DNA of 64,000 nucleotides from Patellaria atrata CBS 101060 (Eukaryota): NCBI GenBank assembly GCA_010093705.1, contig MU006105.1, positions 349,960 to 413,959 of the forward strand, read 5' to 3'. Shown piece by piece: positions 59,693 to 64,000 of this stretch (position 1 is its first letter; each line of letters starts with the position of its first letter). The notes under the pieces were generated by a model. It saw only the letters and a program-made list of their open reading frames with translations, ran no database searches and was not told where the DNA came from. The position numbers and the translations under genes were made by a program.

Positions 59693-60203
59693 TGGGGAGG
59701 CGTACCTTGGGTGAGACAAGGCGTTCGATGAAAATGGGGATGTGGGGTTCCGTTTTGGGGTTTGGGGTCTGTGGGGAAGTTTCTGTTTACCTTACCTTAC
59801 CTTAGATGGTGACGGTGAGTTGTGGGGTGGGGTTTGTTAGGTGGCGGGTGAGGAACTGGTGGTTAGAATTTAGAGAATGAGAACGCACTTGCTAAATGGG
59901 ACTTTCGCGTGGTGTCTGCGTGGAAGAATCTTCTCGGAGGGAGAGAGAGAGAGAGTAGGAGGGGGGAGTTTGGAAGGAGTAACTTGTTGTCGGTGCTGGA
60001 TGCTTGGTGAGAATCAGACGTGGGGTAGGTGGTACGTGAGTCGAGACGTTCAACGAAATATCAGCTGCGGTATCGCTGTCTTGGTTAAGAAATCCCCTTT
60101 TCGTGGGGGGAGGTGAGGTGGCAATGCGGATTAGGGGGGTGTGGGGGAAGTTGGGGTAGGTGGTACGTGAGACAAGGCGTTCGACGGAAAACTGAGATGC
60201 AGG
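59693..60203. repeat. Three degenerate copies of a ~45-50 bp G-rich motif (near 59693, 60021, 60152)
   Basis: GTGAGACAAGGCGTTCGA exact at 59711 and 60167; TGGGGTAGGTGGTACGTGAG exact at 60021 and 60152. Confidence 0.7.
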
Positions 60204-60447
60204 AGGGCGCTTTGGGGAAATCGTCTGGTCTTCTTGCGGTTTTTGGGGTGTTTATTTGGGAAGGAGGGAAAAGGCAAATGAGACAGTTGAGATGGTTGGT
60301 GAGGTGGTAGGTGCGTCGGACGAATTGTATGGACCGAGATTAGAACATATAGAAAAGGAACACGAAGGTAGTTAGACCTTTCTTGAAAGCGCATATGTAC
60401 GTTGTAATCTAATTGTATTTTTTTTGTTTACTAAGATGCTGGTGAAA

Positions 60448-62016
60448 CTACCCGCTCAGCTTTAAACTCCTCATCAAAGACATATTCCATGCCTCCTCCA
60501 CCAACCCGCGGCCGATCACTACAATTTTACCGCGCGTCGGTCTGCTCGCTTGGCTGGAGTCTCTTTCGTCGACAATTTCAAAGACCTCGCGCACGCCTTG
60601 AATGAGCTTTGTCCGGCCCGTGTCGAGTGGAAGGCGACCCTTAAGCCTATACACCTCGAAGGGTGCTGAAAGTTCTTGGGAGGAGTCGGAGGTGCTCTGG
60701 GAGCCGGGAGAACTTGACGCACTGCTTACAGGAAAAGTAGAGTTCCAAAGAACAGAGCGTAACCAAGCGTCAAGAAGAGAGATACTGGAGGCCGGAAGGA
60801 CTGGGATGGTGAGCGTGAGGGTGGAGATGGTCTAATGTTATATTAGTTTGGACTTTTTTAGACAATGAGTGCGTCATACCGGATCGATATGACTGTGGCC
60901 TTTGCTTCGAAAATCCAGTTCCGCGGGATCTATGTTGTCGTACGCGTGAAGGTTGAGGATGTGTCCATCAAGTTTCCAATGGCGGGTCTTGTCATTCAGC
61001 TGGGTCATCTGGATTTTCGCGAGTCCATTAATGGCTCGGATGCGCGTCAGAACTGTGTCCAGCTCGGCTCCTGTGACCGCGTCAACCTTATTCAAGACGA
61101 TGACATCTGCATGAGAAATTTGAAGGTGTGCGATAGTAAGTTCTGGCCCTTCATGGCTGTCAGTGTCTTCATTTTCTTCCTTTCCGGGCACTGTGGATGG
61201 TGCAGGATCCTCTAAGCACTTCAGAATGTTCTTCGCATCCACGACAGTTACGATGCTGTCTAGATAGATCGAACTTTCTAAGTCTTCATCAAGCCAAAAG
61301 AGATTGGCAAGATTTCCCGGGTCAGCGAGTCCGGTACATTCGATGATGATGTAGTTTAGAAGACCTCGATCTTTCATGAGCTTTTCGATTGCGAGTACGG
61401 CGGAGCCCCTTCGATGAAGTTAGATATGAAATAATTAAAACTAAGTGAGGTTATATTTGGAAACTCGAGACGGATAGAGCGAAACTCCTGATAATTATGC
61501 TACCATGAATGTAATCAAACTAATAATGATGTAAAAGAATGGACCATACTTAAGAGAGCAGCATATACACCCGTTCTCTAGATCAATCCATAATGCTTCC
61601 TCTTGATTTTCACTAGTTCTGACATTCAATGAATTCTTCTCAATATCACCGGCTATTTCATCGTGTTAGATTTCTTCGATTGTTGAAAAGCCGGGCATCT
61701 CATACAGTCACCAAAGTCTAGGAGAACGGTTAGCGGTAGGAAGACGGGCGATACGACCAGAGAGAATACAAGCCATTATGTATTACAGCCACATTCGACT
61801 TATTCTTCAGAATGTACTTAAGTAGACTTGATTTACCAGCGCCTAGATATCCTGCTCACGGATTAGAAACGAATTGGTCTACTTTATACTCAATCTGTGG
61901 AGCAGCTTACCGGTCAAAATAGTGATGGGCACTTTAACATTCTCTAGATCTGTTTGGTCTGCCAGTATAAGTTGCGGAGGTACTTCATCCTCAGCATTCA
62001 TCGTGACTTGATCCAT
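60448..62016 (-). CDS. ZNG1: CobW/COG0523 zinc-regulated GTPase metallochaperone (ZNG1-like), 6 exons
   Basis: N-terminal EDEVPPQLI motif, VPITILTGYLGAGKS (Walker A), NDFGD, NGCICCS, IECTGLADPG, QISHAD.IVLNKVD, CobW_C YRLKG...IQGVRE. Confidence 0.9.
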
Positions 62017-63473
62017 AATTATATGAAAGATAGTCCTAAGTTTTCGCAAGTAAATATGACACTCGAGGGAGAGTTCTAAAGGGCGACATCATAGCAAGGT
62101 ACAAAACCCGCAGTTTTCCTCCGATGAGGTAGAATGACATGCTCGGCAAAGTCTAAACCACATCCAGCCACCGAGTGCTAGTTTCCTAAATGAAGTTTCT
62201 TAGTAATAGTTCTAACGGGAAGGAGCGGGCGCTCGTTAACGAGCAGACCCAGGAAAAAAAAGTTACCATATCAAAACAACTGACTTCAAGAAAATCAACT
62301 TGACCAAGTGGAAATAATGAAGCGCGGAAATAACGAATCTGAAATCTGTGGTCCCACTTCTGATGTAAACGGATAGAATTATCATTGCAAGGAGTTAAAA
62401 CTGGAAGCCCCTGAATTTGTTTGGCGTGGCTATGACACTTTCCTACAGCTTCAATCGTTTCTGAGTTATGGGACGATAATCCTCAATACTTCAGGATCTC
62501 TCATTTTGTAAAATGTTTCGAGCGTATCGCATATACCATTCTACCGTGACTAACATATACAGTGTCAAATCTTAAGTCTATGGGAGTCAAAATAAGCTCT
62601 TTATGTGAAGAACTACCAATGGATCTTATCTAATCTTTCCTTGTTTGATCTAGCTAGTTAGGCCAGTTGTGGCCAACAATACGTATCGATAAGGTATTAG
62701 TATTCTCGGTATTTCATCAGTATTGTATCGAATACTGTAATACCTTAAAAATACTCTTGGCATTCAAGGCTTTTCGATATTTTTTAGAACTTATCTAAAT
62801 TATTCATACTTTTTTGAAGAATTTCATTGAGATAAAGATGCCTTCGTACGAAGCCATTACATGGCTATGAGTAATATGTACAGCTGTTCTAATGTGGAAG
62901 GCACGAGGGCGTGCCTGCCTTCCCACCTGCCTACCTACCCACCTGCTAGTTTACATAAATATCTCTTCTTCTCTTTTGTTCTCCTCCTCGACCTCTGATT
63001 TAGCAACTCGAAGTGTAAGTGCTCAGCTCAAATCTATCGTACGAAGGCTAATCAGACTACAGCATGGCAGATATGTAAGTACTTAATCATGGAAAAGTAG
63101 CTAAAGTCAAGAATAACATTAAAAAAACTCTTTTGTACAGAGAAGGGGAAAGAAGTACTCTTCCAATACTTACATAGTACACAAATTTCAACAGCTAACT
63201 GGCTGCTACATAAAAGAGAAATCAATGAAGAAGAACAAGAAATATTCTAAAAATGATAGCATACAGGGGAAAAACTAGATCGACATATAATGCAGGGAAT
63301 TGAAGAGCAAAGGATATAGTGGAGTTGGTTCAGTTTTTCTAATGCTTGGATTAGACTGCAAAGTTTGAACAACTGGGGAGCTTCAATCCTCAGACACTCT
63401 CACTAGACATATTATTACCCTAGAATAGGGATTTATGTAGATAGAAGAGTAGCGACATAGCCCAAGAGGCTGC

Positions 63474-64000
63474 ATGCGCAGTATTGTAGATAATGCAATA
63501 CAATGGATTAAAAAAAAAAAAAAAAAGCAAGTAGTTCTCTACAACCCAGCGATCGCGCTTGCCGCTCAGGCAAACCGCAACCCAGTGCTACTCATAGCAC
63601 AGCAGCAACTGGCTCCGTGGTACCATAGCCCGCAGAGTAGAGCACTTCTGGCTGTCGGCGGGGGTGTTGATGTTGAGTTCGTACGGGGCTCCATCACGCC
63701 TCAGCAGATTGGATCTCATAGGCAGTCATATGTCAATGGGATCCTCATCCAGTCTCGTGGAGGTGATATTGATCCTTGTACGGCTTGTCGTACGAGAGGT
63801 TTTCGTCCCTTCCTTAGTTGTCGCCGCGCTGAGGTGCACTTTGGCGGAGCATGCGCCAACTGTAAATGGTGTGACCATGCAGCGCGCCGTTCCGTACGAG
63901 CTGGTGGACTAGATAAGCCTGCTTATGGAGACAGGCTGCTTGGACCTAGTCCAAGGGATGACAGAGCTGACGGTAGCGCCCCTGAGAATGCTATCACGCT
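63474..64000 (+). CDS. DUF3716-family Cys-rich protein (open to the window end; true start uncertain)
   Basis: Stop-free frame: DVEFVRGSITPQQI..RQSYVNGILIQSRG...CTAC..RGFRPF.SCRR...HFGGACANCKW.DHAAR; missing from the ORF track because it has no stop in the window. Confidence 0.75.
   Translation, partial: MRSIVDNAIQWIKKKKKKQVVLYNPAIALAAQANRNPVLLIAQQQLAPWYHSPQSRALLAVGGGVDVEFVRGSITPQQIGSHRQSYVNGILIQSRGGDIDPCTACRTRGFRPFLSCRRAEVHFGGACANCKWCDHAARRSVRAGGLDKPAYGDRLLGPSPRDDRADGSAPENAIT

Noticed and set aside
1..64000. tRNA, rRNA, CRISPR array, LTR retroelement or Starship captain (DUF3435 tyrosine recombinase)
   Set aside because: None recognised by eye; a covariance-model or HMM scan would be needed to exclude small or divergent ones.

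Overview
Eukaryotic DNA from a filamentous ascomycete (Pezizomycotina): short GT-AG introns with CTAAC-type branch points and RIP-like C->T damage in repeats. The backbone is conserved housekeeping genes: the 5' end of RRP8, a PL9 pectate lyase, ACBP, DDI1, a GNAT, mitochondrial Lon, an M28 carboxypeptidase, GH13, ECM11-like, F-box, TDP1, OLE1, an atypical kinase, LEU1 and a CobW/ZNG1 GTPase. Three accessory areas interrupt it. (1) At 262-2389 a pogo/Fot1 DNA transposon with a broken transposase is nested inside a ~290-bp hAT-type MITE, just upstream of RRP8. (2) A ~17-kb block between PIM1 and the M28 gene holds a T5orf172/GIY-YIG-like protein, an F-box-like orphan, a HET-domain protein with a long Pro-rich N-terminus, a CE3 esterase, a decayed Tc-toxin (SpvB/TcB) gene and an F-box pseudogene; most of it lies between two inverted copies of a ~90-bp TIR-like sequence. 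(3) The last ~1.4 kb is a decayed region leading into a DUF3716 ORF. Other notable features: a DDI1 start codon split by an intron (AT|G), a weak GC-AG intron before a 12-nt microexon in ZNG1, and recurrent sharp C-rich to G-rich strand-skew flips. All family calls are from motif recognition and manual translation; no database search was run.
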